From Oscillospiraceae bacterium (GTDB lineage Bacteria; Bacillota; Clostridia; Oscillospirales; SIG530): a stretch of DNA of 48,840 nucleotides. Positions 34,209-43,647 of this stretch are shown here, piece after piece; position 1 is the first letter of the stretch; each line of letters starts with the position of its first letter. The notes under the pieces were generated by a model that saw only the letters and a list, made by a program, of their open reading frames with translations, ran no database searches and was not told where the DNA came from. A program made the translations under genes and the position numbers. The stretch is taken from positions 1-48,840 of the forward strand of contig SVND01000016.1 of NCBI GenBank assembly GCA_015067075.1, in the 5' to 3' direction.

Positions 34209-36038
34209 ATGTATACACGATTTAAAGCTACTGAATATAAGCCTGAAGGCTGGCTTCGCCGTCAGCTTGAAATTCAGGCAAACGGTCTTTCGGGAAATCT
34301 CGATAAGGTTTGGCCTGATGTACGAGACAGCGCTTGGATAGGCGGCGACCGCGAAGGCTGGGAACGTGTTCCTTATTGGCTCGACGGCTTTATTCCTCTC
34401 GCTTTTTTATTGGAGGATAAGGACCTTATTGCACGCGCAAAAAAATATATTGATGCAATTTTAGAAAGACAGCAGTCCGATGGATGGATATGCCCCTGCT
34501 CGGAGGAACAGCGCGAAAGCTACGATCTTTGGGCGCACTTCCTCATCGGCAAGGTATTTGCGCTTTATTACGATTTCACCGAAGAGCACCGTGTTCTCGA
34601 CGCGCTTTACCGCTCGATGAAATGCTTGCACACAATGCTGGAAAGCAAAAAGCTTCACCTGTTTGCTTGGGGACAATTCAGATGGTTTGAATGCCTTATT
34701 CCCTTGCTCACTCTTAAAAAGCATTATAACGAGCCTTGGATAACGGAGCTTGGCAGAGAGCTTCAAAAGCAAGGCGCTGATTACTCTTCCTTTACTGAAC
34801 GTTGGAAAAAACCGCTCAACGTGTGGACACTTGAAACGCACATTGTAAACATCGGTATGATGTTTAAATACGAAGCGCTTACCTGCGCACTTTTCGATGA
34901 AAAGTATACGGGAATTGCCGAAAAGCTTTGGAGCTTTTTAGAAAAATACAACGGCACTGTTGTCGGCACGTTTGCAGGCGACGAATGCCTTGCAGGCACT
35001 GCCAACAACCGCGGAACAGAGCTTTGCTCCGTTGCGGAGCTTATGTACTCCTGTGAGGTCCTTTATGAGCTGACAGGCAAGCAGATATGGGCTGAAAGGC
35101 TTGAAAAGCTTGCGTTCAACTCTTTCCCTGCCACAAACAGCGACGATATGTGGACACATCAATATCTGCAGATGGTAAACCAGATCGCCTGCATCTCCGT
35201 CCCCGGAAAGCCCTTTTTCGGCTCTAACGGCGGTACTGCTCATTTATTCGGTCTTGAGCCTAACTACGGTTGCTGTACGGCTAACTTCAATCAGGCTTGG
35301 CCAAAGCTCGCTATGAACGTGTTTTTAAAAGCAAAAGACGGTATTTTGTGCGCGCTTTTGCTCCCCGCAGCGCTTAAAACTGTGATAAACGGCAACAACG
35401 TAACCGTTGAAACAGAAACTCAGTATCCGTTCCGCAACTGCTGCAAATTCACAGTTAAAGCTGACAAGCCCATCAATTTTGCTTTGAAAATACGAATTCC
35501 GACCTTTGCTGAAAAGGTCTGCGTAAACGGAAAAGAAGTTCAGGTAAAGCGCGGTATTCTCACCGTTAAAAAGCTTTGGAGCGGCGAAGAAAGCTTCACC
35601 TTATCATTTACCGCTCAGCCGCACTTTGTAAGCCGCCCCTTCGGACTTAAAGCCGTACAATACGGAAATCTTTTCTTCTCCCTTCCCATTGAAACTGAAT
35701 ACAAAATGCTGGAATATACCGATTGTAACGTAGAGCGCAAGTTCCCTTACTGCGATTATGAGCTTATCCCCCTTTCCGAATGGCGTTACGGCTTTGCGGA
35801 CACCTCTCTCACCGTTACAGAAAAAGAGGGCGACGACGTGCCGTTTTCCTCGAAAGCTCCCAGCCTTGCAATCAAGGCAAGCTTCAGCCGTGTAAATTGG
35901 GATTTCGCGGAAGGATATATCAATATTGCAGAAAGAAAGCCTGTTTCCTACAAGGCGCTTTCTGCGTCAACGGAAATGGAGCTTATCCCCTATGGATGCG
36001 CCAAGCTTCGTATGACAGAAATGCCCATTGTAAAATAA
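34209..36038 (+). CDS. Glycoside hydrolase family 127-like (DUF1680, beta-L-arabinofuranosidase HypBA1-like) protein
   Basis: 609 aa. The GH127-type Cys-rich metal site is apparent in …LEPNYGCCTANFNQAWPK… plus upstream Cys/Glu residues. The N-terminal pattern is of DUF1680 type. Confidence 0.55.
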   Translation: MYTRFKATEYKPEGWLRRQLEIQANGLSGNLDKVWPDVRDSAWIGGDREGWERVPYWLDGFIPLAFLLEDKDLIARAKKYIDAILERQQSDGWICPCSEEQRESYDLWAHFLIGKVFALYYDFTEEHRVLDALYRSMKCLHTMLESKKLHLFAWGQFRWFECLIPLLTLKKHYNEPWITELGRELQKQGADYSSFTERWKKPLNVWTLETHIVNIGMMFKYEALTCALFDEKYTGIAEKLWSFLEKYNGTVVGTFAGDECLAGTANNRGTELCSVAELMYSCEVLYELTGKQIWAERLEKLAFNSFPATNSDDMWTHQYLQMVNQIACISVPGKPFFGSNGGTAHLFGLEPNYGCCTANFNQAWPKLAMNVFLKAKDGILCALLLPAALKTVINGNNVTVETETQYPFRNCCKFTVKADKPINFALKIRIPTFAEKVCVNGKEVQVKRGILTVKKLWSGEESFTLSFTAQPHFVSRPFGLKAVQYGNLFFSLPIETEYKMLEYTDCNVERKFPYCDYELIPLSEWRYGFADTSLTVTEKEGDDVPFSSKAPSLAIKASFSRVNWDFAEGYINIAERKPVSYKALSASTEMELIPYGCAKLRMTEMPIVK

Positions 36039-36043
36039 ATACC

Positions 36044-36078
36044 AAAGGCAGAAAAGTTTAAAACTTTTCTGCCTTTTT
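36044..36078. terminator. Bidirectional terminator, copy 1 of a 35-bp direct repeat
   Basis: AAAGGCAGAAAAGTTTAAAACTTTTCTGCCTTTTT: an 11-bp stem GGCAGAAAAGT/ACTTTTCTGCC with T-runs. An identical 35-nt sequence occurs at 39166-39200. Confidence 0.7.
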
Positions 36079-36127
36079 AACAGCTCAGATGCGTAACGCT
36101 TTAATGAATCGAGACAAGCAAGTCTTT

Positions 36128-36919
36128 TTAATCAATTTTTCTACAAATCGTTCTGAACTCACTTGGCGACAATTTATACACCTTTTTGAACAGCTTGTTG
36201 AAATAAAACGGGTCATTTATGCCAACATCATAAGCTATTTGTCCAATAGTCTTTTTTGTATTCAGAAGCATTTCCGTTGCCATTGACAAGCGGAAATATA
36301 TAAGAAAGGAAATGGGCGCCATTCCCGTTTCTTTTTTAAACGATGCAATAAAATGGGTAACAGACAGATTTTCTGCGGTAGCAAGTTCTTCGACTGATAT
36401 CTTACTGCTGTAATTGTTTTTAATATAATGAATCGTCTTATTAAATCTTTTTACCGGCACATCAGTTCCTTTTTTCGAAAAAAGAGAAAGCTGTTTTATT
36501 ATCTCATGATAACAAATGATTTCATCGAAAATATTATCAGCTGAAAAAAGGCGGTCAAAAATACCGTTCATGGCGTTTTTGTATTCATCGGGAATAATGA
36601 CAGGCAGTTTATAAAAATCGTCAAAAAAACTTGTATCATCAGTTTTGACAAGCAAAAACACCCAACGGCAGTACATATTGCCGCTGATTTTATCGGCATG
36701 ATGGATAATTGATTGTTTTACATTGGATGGCGCAACAAAAAAGCCGCCTTTGCCTGTGTTATAAATTTCGCCATCGTTAAGCTGTATATCGTAGTTACCT
36801 TCAACACCTTGCACTATGGAGATATACGGCAACATCTTTATATGATGAAGTCCATCAATCATATTTGAGCTCCAATCGCTTTTTGCCGCATATTCAAGTT
36901 GAATTCTTTTTATGTCCAT
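36128..36919 (-). CDS. AraC-family transcriptional regulator
   Basis: Start moved to ATG (MDIKRIQLEY…) after GAGGTG. It has an N-terminal cupin-like sensing domain and a C-terminal AraC HTH (…SVEELATAENLSVTHFIASFKKETGMAPISFLIYFRLSMATEMLLNT…). It is divergent from the downstream GRE gene. Confidence 0.8.
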   Translation of the reverse strand: MDIKRIQLEYAAKSDWSSNMIDGLHHIKMLPYISIVQGVEGNYDIQLNDGEIYNTGKGGFFVAPSNVKQSIIHHADKISGNMYCRWVFLLVKTDDTSFFDDFYKLPVIIPDEYKNAMNGIFDRLFSADNIFDEIICYHEIIKQLSLFSKKGTDVPVKRFNKTIHYIKNNYSSKISVEELATAENLSVTHFIASFKKETGMAPISFLIYFRLSMATEMLLNTKKTIGQIAYDVGINDPFYFNKLFKKVYKLSPSEFRTICRKID

Positions 36920-37032
36920 TTCACGCACCTCAATAATATAATACCAAAAAAGCATAGAAAAATCAATGGAATTCAGAACTTTTATACTATATAATTTATT
37001 CAAACCAAAATTTAAGTTCCGGAGATAAAGCT

Positions 37033-39159
37033 ATGGAATTTTTTGCGACAAACGGAAAAAGACCTATAAGATCAAGTGAAAAGACACGTCTTTTTGCTTA
37101 TGAATCACTTAATCATAAATACGGTTTACTGAGCAACAAAACAATGTGGGTCGAAATGGACGGCTATGAAGGCTTTGACACTCTTACAGATATAGAAAAA
37201 TACGATGCGTGCATAAGAAAAGTTGCTGAATGCTCGCCTTTACGCATATGCGACGGTGAATATATCAGCGGTTCTGCATCCTTTGGAATTGCAAAAGGTC
37301 ACAAAGTACCCGCCGTTTACAAGGGGGAGCTTATTTTTCATTCCGTAAGCCACTTGACCATAGATTTTGAAACAGTTGTAAAAAAAGGTGTAAACGCCAT
37401 AAAAGAAGATGTTTTACGCGCATATGAAAAACACAAAAACACGGAAAAAGAGCCTTTTACAAAAAGCTGTTTAAGCTGTATCGAAAGCATGGAAATATGG
37501 CACAGACGCTATCTTGACATTTTGAAGGATTTGCCCGAATACAATAACAATTACGAAAACCTCAAAAAAGTGCCCTTTCAGCCTGCGGAGAGCTTTTACG
37601 AAGCTGTACAAAGCATATGGTTTACCTTTGCTTTCGTGCGCCTTTGCGGAAATTGGCCCGGCATAGGAAGATTGGATTGGCTATTGGGAGATTTTCTCGA
37701 AAAAGACCTTGCAATCGGGAAAATAACCTTAGAGCAGGCACGCGAGATACTTGCTCACTTTTTCATCAAGGGGTGCGAATGGATATGGGGCGGAAGCAAC
37801 GGCACAGGCGACGCCCAGCATTATCAGAACATTTTACTTGCGGGAATAGATGAAAACGGCAATGATGTCACAAACACCGTTACATACCTTGTTCTCGATA
37901 TTTTGGAAGAGTTCGGAATAAGCGATTTTCCGACCACCGTGCGTGTAAACAAAAACACAGATGAAAAGCTTTTAAAGCGTGTTGCCCAGGTTATATCCTA
38001 CGGCGGCGGCACTGTTGCGGTATACAACGAAGAGCTTATAATCGATTCGCTTACACAGCACGGATACGACCTTACGGAAGCAAGAAAGTTTGCCAACGAT
38101 GGATGCTGGGAGGTTCAGATTCCCGGTAAAACGTATTTTGCATATTTCCCCTTTGATGCACTTTGCATACTTCAAAAGCAAACGCTTAACGATTACGATG
38201 AAAACTTGTCTTTCCATACATTTGACGAGCTTTTGGAAAAATTCATAATGGACCTTAACACAAAGGTTGACAGTATCGGCGATCAGTATGGAAGCGGTTT
38301 CACAAAAAACGAGAAAAACGAATGGGTGTGGCCGAAAGAAATTCCTTGCACCGTTGTTTCTGTATTCGAGCAGGGCTGTATCGAAAAAGGCTTGTCTTAC
38401 ATGGAAGGCGGCCCGATATACAACGTTGTTTCTCCGCACATCGGCGGACTTCCCGACGTTGTAAACGATCTGTACGCTATTAAAAAGCTTGTTTTCGACG
38501 AAAAAAAAGTCACTTTTACACAGCTTATGAATATACTTAAAAGCAACTGGGAGAACGATGAATTGCTGAGAAGATATGTACTTACAAAATATAGTTTTTT
38601 CGGCAACGACAACGATGAAGTTGATATGATAGCAAAGCGCCTTGTTGATGAGTTTGCATATGCTTGCGACAGGCAAAACGGCAAGTGCGGATCCAAAATG
38701 CCCGCAGGTATAAGCACTTTCGGACGACAGCTCGAGTGGTCTCCCTACCGCATGGCAACAGCGTCAGGAAGAAAGGCACACGATGTTCTTGCAGGTAACT
38801 TTTCGCCGACACCTGGCACCGACAAGGATGGCGCAACTGCCATAATTAAATCCTACTGCAAAAGCGACATGAAGAAAATGGTTTCGGGTGCAGCTCTCGA
38901 TATAAAGCTTCTTCCCATGACCGTAAACGCTGAATACGGCATAGATGCGCTGGCATCGCTCATCAAAGGCTTTGTTTCGTTGGGCGGTCATTTTATGCAG
39001 ATCGATATTGCAGATACTGAGCTTTTAAAAAAAGCGCAGGAGCATCCCGAGGAATATCAAAACTTATCTGTTCGCATTTCCGGTTGGAACGCAAGATTTG
39101 CAACTCTCAATAAGGAATGGCAAGACATGATAATAGCCCAGACAGGTTGCAATTTTTAA
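37033..39159 (+). CDS. Glycyl-radical-enzyme family protein (PFL2-like) with an atypical Gly-Trp radical motif
   Basis: 708 aa. GRE core FYEAVQSIWFTFAFVRLCGNWPGIGRLDWLLGDFLEKD, an active-site-loop candidate NDGCWEVQ (GCxE), and C-terminal LSVRISGWNARFATL…IIAQT. Canonical GREs have RVxGY…IxRT. Confidence 0.65.
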   Translation: MEFFATNGKRPIRSSEKTRLFAYESLNHKYGLLSNKTMWVEMDGYEGFDTLTDIEKYDACIRKVAECSPLRICDGEYISGSASFGIAKGHKVPAVYKGELIFHSVSHLTIDFETVVKKGVNAIKEDVLRAYEKHKNTEKEPFTKSCLSCIESMEIWHRRYLDILKDLPEYNNNYENLKKVPFQPAESFYEAVQSIWFTFAFVRLCGNWPGIGRLDWLLGDFLEKDLAIGKITLEQAREILAHFFIKGCEWIWGGSNGTGDAQHYQNILLAGIDENGNDVTNTVTYLVLDILEEFGISDFPTTVRVNKNTDEKLLKRVAQVISYGGGTVAVYNEELIIDSLTQHGYDLTEARKFANDGCWEVQIPGKTYFAYFPFDALCILQKQTLNDYDENLSFHTFDELLEKFIMDLNTKVDSIGDQYGSGFTKNEKNEWVWPKEIPCTVVSVFEQGCIEKGLSYMEGGPIYNVVSPHIGGLPDVVNDLYAIKKLVFDEKKVTFTQLMNILKSNWENDELLRRYVLTKYSFFGNDNDEVDMIAKRLVDEFAYACDRQNGKCGSKMPAGISTFGRQLEWSPYRMATASGRKAHDVLAGNFSPTPGTDKDGATAIIKSYCKSDMKKMVSGAALDIKLLPMTVNAEYGIDALASLIKGFVSLGGHFMQIDIADTELLKKAQEHPEEYQNLSVRISGWNARFATLNKEWQDMIIAQTGCNF

Positions 39160-39165
39160 TTTGAA

Positions 39166-39200
39166 AAAGGCAGAAAAGTTTAAAACTTTTCTGCCTTTTT
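39166..39200. terminator. Bidirectional terminator, copy 2 of the 35-bp direct repeat
   Basis: Identical to 36044-36078. T-runs on both strands, between GRE2 (+) and copA (-). Confidence 0.7.
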
Positions 39201-39203
39201 CTT

Positions 39204-41678
39204 TTATCCAATGACCTGATAGCCTTGATCTTCAACGGCTTTTTTAAGCACGTCGTCAGATACCTCTTTGTTGAGCTTTACGATTGCCGTGCCTTTTTTG
39301 TGGCTCACCACAGCCTCGCTTACACAGTCGAGCGCTTCAAGAGTCTGTTTTACTCTTGCCTCGCAATGTCCGCACATCATGCCTTTGATCTTCATTGTTT
39401 TTTCCATTTCGTTTTTCTCCTTTATATTTTTTACTTTGAAAAAGTTCAGCCTTAACGCGTTTGAAACAACGCAAAAGCTTGAAAGGCTCATTGCCGCCGC
39501 GCCAAACATGGGATTCAGCTTAAGTCCCCATATGGGAAACCACACGCCTGCCGCAAGGGGTATGCCGATTATATTGTAGATGAAAGCCCAAAACAAATTC
39601 TGATGAATATTTCTCAGTGCCGCACGGCTAAGCTTTATCGCCGCGACCACATCGGAAAGACGGCTTTTTACAAGCACAACGTCAGCCGCATCAATGGCTA
39701 TATCGCTTCCTGCACCGATAGCGATGCCTATATCAGCTCTTGTCAGCGCAGGGGCATCGTTTATTCCATCGCCAACCATGGCAACCTTGCCGTTTTTACT
39801 AAGCTCGCGAATGACCTTTTCCTTGCCGTCAGGCAAAACTCCCGCTATCACCTTGTCAACGCCTGCCGCTTTTCCTACGGCGTTTGCTGTCTTTTCGTTG
39901 TCGCCCGTAAGCATTACAACTTGTATTCCCATTTGCTTAAGCTGTTTTATTGCTTCGGGGCTGTCCTGTTTTATTTCATCTGCCACGGCTATAACGCCTG
40001 CAAGCTTGTCTGCGTATACAAAATAAAGCGGCGTTTTTCCCTGCTGTGAAAGCTCGGCACACATATCAGATGTTGTACTGTCAATTTCCGCATATTCATT
40101 TGCAAGCTCATACTTTCCGCCGTAAAGCATTTCGCCGTTATAAAGAGCTGAAACACCGCTTCCCACAAGCGTTTTAAAATCCGAAACGCCTTCACCGTCA
40201 CAGCTTACGCCTTCTTTTTCAGCCTTTTTCACAATCGCCTTCGCCAGCGGATGCTCACTTCTGCTTTCAATAGCCGCCGCCATTTGCAAAAGCTGTCGCT
40301 CCGTGTATCCGCCAAGCGCGACAATATCCGTAACAGAAGGCTCGCCCGACGTTATAGTCCCCGTTTTATCAAGGGCAACTATTTTCACCTTGCCCGTTTC
40401 CTCAATAGCAACAGCATTTTTAAAAAGTATGCCGTTTTTCGCACCAACACCGCTCGCCACCATTATGGCTACAGGCGTTGCAAGTCCCAACGCGCACGGA
40501 CAGCTTATTACAAGCACGGATATGGCTCTTGCCAAAGCAAATCCGACTTCGCGACCAACTGCAAGCCACACTATCGCCGTTATCACAGCAATAGATATGA
40601 CAACAGGCACGAAAACACCCGATACCCTATCGGCAACCTTGGCTATCGGCGCTTTAGTTGCAGAGGCATCGCTCACCATTTTAATTATCTGCGACAGCGT
40701 TGTATCCTCACCGACACGCGTTGCCTCGCATTTAACATAGCCAGTCGTATTCGTCGTCGCCGCAGAAACAGCATCACCTACGCCTTTATCCACAGGTATA
40801 CTCTCTCCTGTGAGCGCAGACTCGTTTACAGCGCACTCGCCTTCTATGACTACGCCGTCAGCAGGTATAGCTTCCCCTGAGCGCACCACAAAAATATCGC
40901 CTTTTTTCACCGTCGCCGCAGAAACAGTTATCTCTTTTCCGTCACGGATAACACGAGCAGTTTTCGGAGCAAGATTCATAAGACCTTTAAGAGCATCCGT
41001 CGTTTTCCCCTTTGCCCTCGCTTCCAGCATTTTTCCTACGGTTATAAGCGTAAGTATCATCGCCGCAGACTCAAAATAAAACTCATGCATATATTCCATG
41101 ACAGCCTGCGCGTTTCCTGCAAGCTGTGCGCTCGTCATGGCAAAAAGCGCATAAACGCTATAGCCAAAGGATGCACCCGAGCCCAGCGCAACGAGAGTAT
41201 CCATATTCGGCGCTCCACGCAAAAGGCTTGTAAAGCCGTTTATGAAAAACTTTTGGTTTATAACCATCACTGTCGCCGCAAGCAAAAGCTGAGCAAGACC
41301 TATCGCAATAGGGTTTTCAGCCAGCGCATTCGGAAGCGGAAAGCTCCACATCGTATGCCCCATGGAGACATACATGAGCGGAGTTAAAAAGCACAGAGAT
41401 GCAATAAGTCTTTTTACAAGCTTCGGTGTTTCCCTATCCTCTAAAGTATCTTTTTTTTCAGGCTTTATATCGCTTTTATTGTCACTTTGTGCCGCGCCGT
41501 AGCCTGCTTTTTCAACGGCGCTTATTATTTCCTGCGCGCTCGCCGTACCTTCAACGGTCATGGAATTTGTCAGCAGATTTACCGAGCACGACGTTACACC
41601 GTCAACTGCGCAAACAGCTTTTTCCACTCTTGCACTGCACGCGGCACAGCTCATCCCCGTTATATCGTATTTTTCCAC
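39204..41678 (-). CDS. copA: Copper-translocating P1B-type ATPase with N-terminal and C-terminal HMA metal-binding domains
   Basis: GTG start 8 nt after AAGGAG. N-terminal HMA motif GMSCAACSARVE, CPC motif SCPCALGLATP, DKTGT, GDGINDAP, and a fused C-terminal HMA domain KIKGMMCGHCEARVKQ. Confidence 0.9.
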   Translation of the reverse strand: MEKYDITGMSCAACSARVEKAVCAVDGVTSCSVNLLTNSMTVEGTASAQEIISAVEKAGYGAAQSDNKSDIKPEKKDTLEDRETPKLVKRLIASLCFLTPLMYVSMGHTMWSFPLPNALAENPIAIGLAQLLLAATVMVINQKFFINGFTSLLRGAPNMDTLVALGSGASFGYSVYALFAMTSAQLAGNAQAVMEYMHEFYFESAAMILTLITVGKMLEARAKGKTTDALKGLMNLAPKTARVIRDGKEITVSAATVKKGDIFVVRSGEAIPADGVVIEGECAVNESALTGESIPVDKGVGDAVSAATTNTTGYVKCEATRVGEDTTLSQIIKMVSDASATKAPIAKVADRVSGVFVPVVISIAVITAIVWLAVGREVGFALARAISVLVISCPCALGLATPVAIMVASGVGAKNGILFKNAVAIEETGKVKIVALDKTGTITSGEPSVTDIVALGGYTERQLLQMAAAIESRSEHPLAKAIVKKAEKEGVSCDGEGVSDFKTLVGSGVSALYNGEMLYGGKYELANEYAEIDSTTSDMCAELSQQGKTPLYFVYADKLAGVIAVADEIKQDSPEAIKQLKQMGIQVVMLTGDNEKTANAVGKAAGVDKVIAGVLPDGKEKVIRELSKNGKVAMVGDGINDAPALTRADIGIAIGAGSDIAIDAADVVLVKSRLSDVVAAIKLSRAALRNIHQNLFWAFIYNIIGIPLAAGVWFPIWGLKLNPMFGAAAMSLSSFCVVSNALRLNFFKVKNIKEKNEMEKTMKIKGMMCGHCEARVKQTLEALDCVSEAVVSHKKGTAIVKLNKEVSDDVLKKAVEDQGYQVIG

Positions 41679-41693
41679 TTTATCATCTCCTTA

Positions 41694-42008
41694 TCAAAGA
41701 AGCTTTTTCAGCGTTTCTATAAGCTCCTCGGCAGTTTCGTCCTTGCCTTCTCTTATATCGTTTGCAACGCAGGTTCGTATATGCTCCGCTAAAAGTTCTT
41801 TACTGAAAGCATCAAGCGCCGCATTTATTGCAGACACCTGAATAAGTATATCCGTACAATACGCGCTTTTTTCCACCATTCCGCGTACTCCTCTCACTTG
41901 ACCTTCAATGCGGTTAAGTCTGTTTATCAGCTTTTTATATTCACTTTCCGTTCTTTCTTTTATGCGATTACAGCACTGCTTACTGTGTTCCACTCCGCAC
42001 ACCTCCAT
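41694..42008 (-). CDS. csoR: CsoR-family copper-sensing transcriptional repressor
   Basis: About 100 aa with the pattern …RLNRIEGQVRGVRGMVE…YCTDILIQVSAINAALDAF… (CsoR/RcnR fold, Cys/His ligands). It is immediately upstream of copA. The true start may be the internal GTG (…VEHSKQ), 7 nt after GGAGGTG. Confidence 0.8.
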   Translation of the reverse strand: MEVCGVEHSKQCCNRIKERTESEYKKLINRLNRIEGQVRGVRGMVEKSAYCTDILIQVSAINAALDAFSKELLAEHIRTCVANDIREGKDETAEELIETLKKLL

Positions 42009-42034
42009 TTATTTAAACATACCCCATACAAGTA

Positions 42035-42063
42035 TATTATATACCCCATATCCGTATTTGTCA
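42035..42063 (-). promoter_or_regulatory. Consensus sigma-A promoter (TTGACA-N17-TATAAT) for csoR-copA
   Basis: On the minus strand, TTGACA is the reverse complement of 42058-42063 and TATAAT the reverse complement of 42035-42040. Confidence 0.5.
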
Positions 42064-42069
42064 AGATAA

Positions 42070-42108
42070 AAAACAGCTGTCGCAAAAAAATGCAACAGCT
42101 GTTTCTTA
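42070..42108 (-). terminator. Rho-independent terminator of the upstream small membrane protein gene
   Basis: AAACAGCTGT / ACAGCTGTTT 10-bp stem with a 14-nt loop, followed on the minus strand by TTTTTTATC. Confidence 0.6.
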
Positions 42109-42110
42109 TC

Positions 42111-42353
42111 TTATTTAATTACGCCAAGGAACTTTACGATGCAAAGAATAATTCCTATAAAGCTATAGAGCTCGATAAGGCTTCCAAGAATCGAGAAAAT
42201 AATTCCTATTACAGGAATATTGGCAAGGATACCGATAAGTATACCTGCGATAGCACATACTACGATGAAGATTATAAGCTGTACTATAAAGGATGTTGCA
42301 TCCTTCTCAGCAATCTTAAACGGAGTGGGCCAAATCTTTTTCAGCATATCCAT
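42111..42353 (-). CDS. Small (80-aa) membrane protein, unknown function
   Basis: ATG (MDMLKKIWPTPF…) after GGAGGTG. The upstream part of the track ORF has no SD. Two predicted TM helices. Confidence 0.5.
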   Translation of the reverse strand: MDMLKKIWPTPFKIAEKDATSFIVQLIIFIVVCAIAGILIGILANIPVIGIIFSILGSLIELYSFIGIILCIVKFLGVIK

Positions 42354-42500
42354 TTTCTGCACCTCCTTCCCCGTAACCTTTATTATGTTAAATTGTATCA
42401 CAATATTCGCATTTTTTCAATACGTTACCGTTCTTTTTTTATCTTTGCTTATATAACTGCTTCCAAATCACCCTGTAAATAAGCTTCGCTTCGTCTTTGC

Positions 42501-42824
42501 TTAAAAGATGCCGAATTTTTTCAAAAGTACTAACACAATTCCAAGCACAATACCAGCTGCAACAACCAAAAGACGTTGCTTTAATACCTCTTTGGAATCT
42601 GAAGCCATTTTTTCATTAAGCCAATATTTATTCACACCGACTCTTTTGACTATTCCCGCACTGAGCATTTTATGCATGCGATCCGCATCTACTAAAGTTT
42701 GTCCATCAGGAAAAAGCTCTTCTGTGGTAACGGCCGTTTCCTTTGTAAGCGCGTTAAGCGCTCTAAACTTTTCATAATACTCTCCGAAAGCAGAATCCAA
42801 CATATCACCGTATTTGTTTCCCAT
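42501..42824 (-). CDS. Hypothetical protein with C-terminal TM anchor (107 aa)
   Basis: ATG (MGNKYGDML…) 8 nt after AAGGAG. The track start is TTG. C-terminal hydrophobic helix LLVVAAGIVLGIVLVLL. Confidence 0.5.
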   Translation of the reverse strand: MGNKYGDMLDSAFGEYYEKFRALNALTKETAVTTEELFPDGQTLVDADRMHKMLSAGIVKRVGVNKYWLNEKMASDSKEVLKQRLLVVAAGIVLGIVLVLLKKFGIF

Positions 42825-42901
42825 AGTTTTCTCCTTCAATATAAAATTACACTTTTTTCAATGCACAGAAGCATTTTACCACGTTTTTCTTCTTTTGTCA
42901 A

Positions 42902-43609
42902 TCAAAAATACAACGCGTTATTATATTTTGTCGGCAATCCGTCACCGTACAAATGGGCATCATTGGACAGTGTAAGCACCTTCGGTATGGAATATCCATC
43001 TTCATTGCCAAATTCAATTACCGTAAGTCCCGTATGAGTAGTGTCAAAATGGTTGACAAACATAGGGTAAGGTATATCGAGAACGGTGCTTAAAAAAGCA
43101 AGTCCAAAGCCTTGGTGCGCAAAAAGAGCAACGCGCTCATTGTTGTGTTTATGGATTTTATATCTACCCGTATTGCGGATATGCTCATAGCCAAGGGAAA
43201 GGAAAAACTCGTAGGATTCGCTGAACACCCTATCCATTCCCTTTTTAAATTGGGTAAGCCTCTCATGCTCGTACCAATTAAATCCCAAATCGGTTACAGA
43301 TTTATCCGTCAAAAGAAGCTTCATTTCTTTGTCGTGGAATATCCAACGCTTTTGTCCATCCTTTTCGATTGTAAAATCCTCGTATGCATAATTCTCGTTG
43401 CAAAAATCAAGAAGCTCCGCCTTTTTCCTTGTAAGCTCACAGGTAGGCTTTGCTGTCAAAATCGCTCTGTTAGATGTTGATGAATATATTTTGTCGACTC
43501 CGTAGCGGGCAAGTCTTTTTGCGATCGCATCAGCCTGCTTTTCACCAAGCGGTGTCAACGAGTCAGGCTCATATATGGGATCGCCGTGGCGTATATAGAA
43601 AAACAGCAT
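42902..43609 (-). CDS. Histidine phosphatase superfamily (phosphoglycerate-mutase-like) protein
   Basis: N-terminal RHG catalytic motif (MLFFYIRHGDP) and a downstream His (…LFAHQGFG…). 235 aa. Confidence 0.7.
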   Translation of the reverse strand: MLFFYIRHGDPIYEPDSLTPLGEKQADAIAKRLARYGVDKIYSSTSNRAILTAKPTCELTRKKAELLDFCNENYAYEDFTIEKDGQKRWIFHDKEMKLLLTDKSVTDLGFNWYEHERLTQFKKGMDRVFSESYEFFLSLGYEHIRNTGRYKIHKHNNERVALFAHQGFGLAFLSTVLDIPYPMFVNHFDTTHTGLTVIEFGNEDGYSIPKVLTLSNDAHLYGDGLPTKYNNALYF

Positions 43610-43647
43610 ATTATCATCCTCTTTTCTTTCTTTTACGAAAACTGCAA

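Noticed and set aside
39204-39470. C-terminal HMA domain fused to CopA as a possible novelty
   Set aside because: Dual N-terminal and C-terminal metal-binding domains are already described for some CopA proteins, for example the archaeal Archaeoglobus enzyme. I therefore recorded it only as an annotation detail.
39268-41079. Multiple 90-210-aa plus-strand ORFs across the copA region
   Set aside because: All are antisense to copA, which has every P1B-ATPase motif. None has an SD or conserved motifs.
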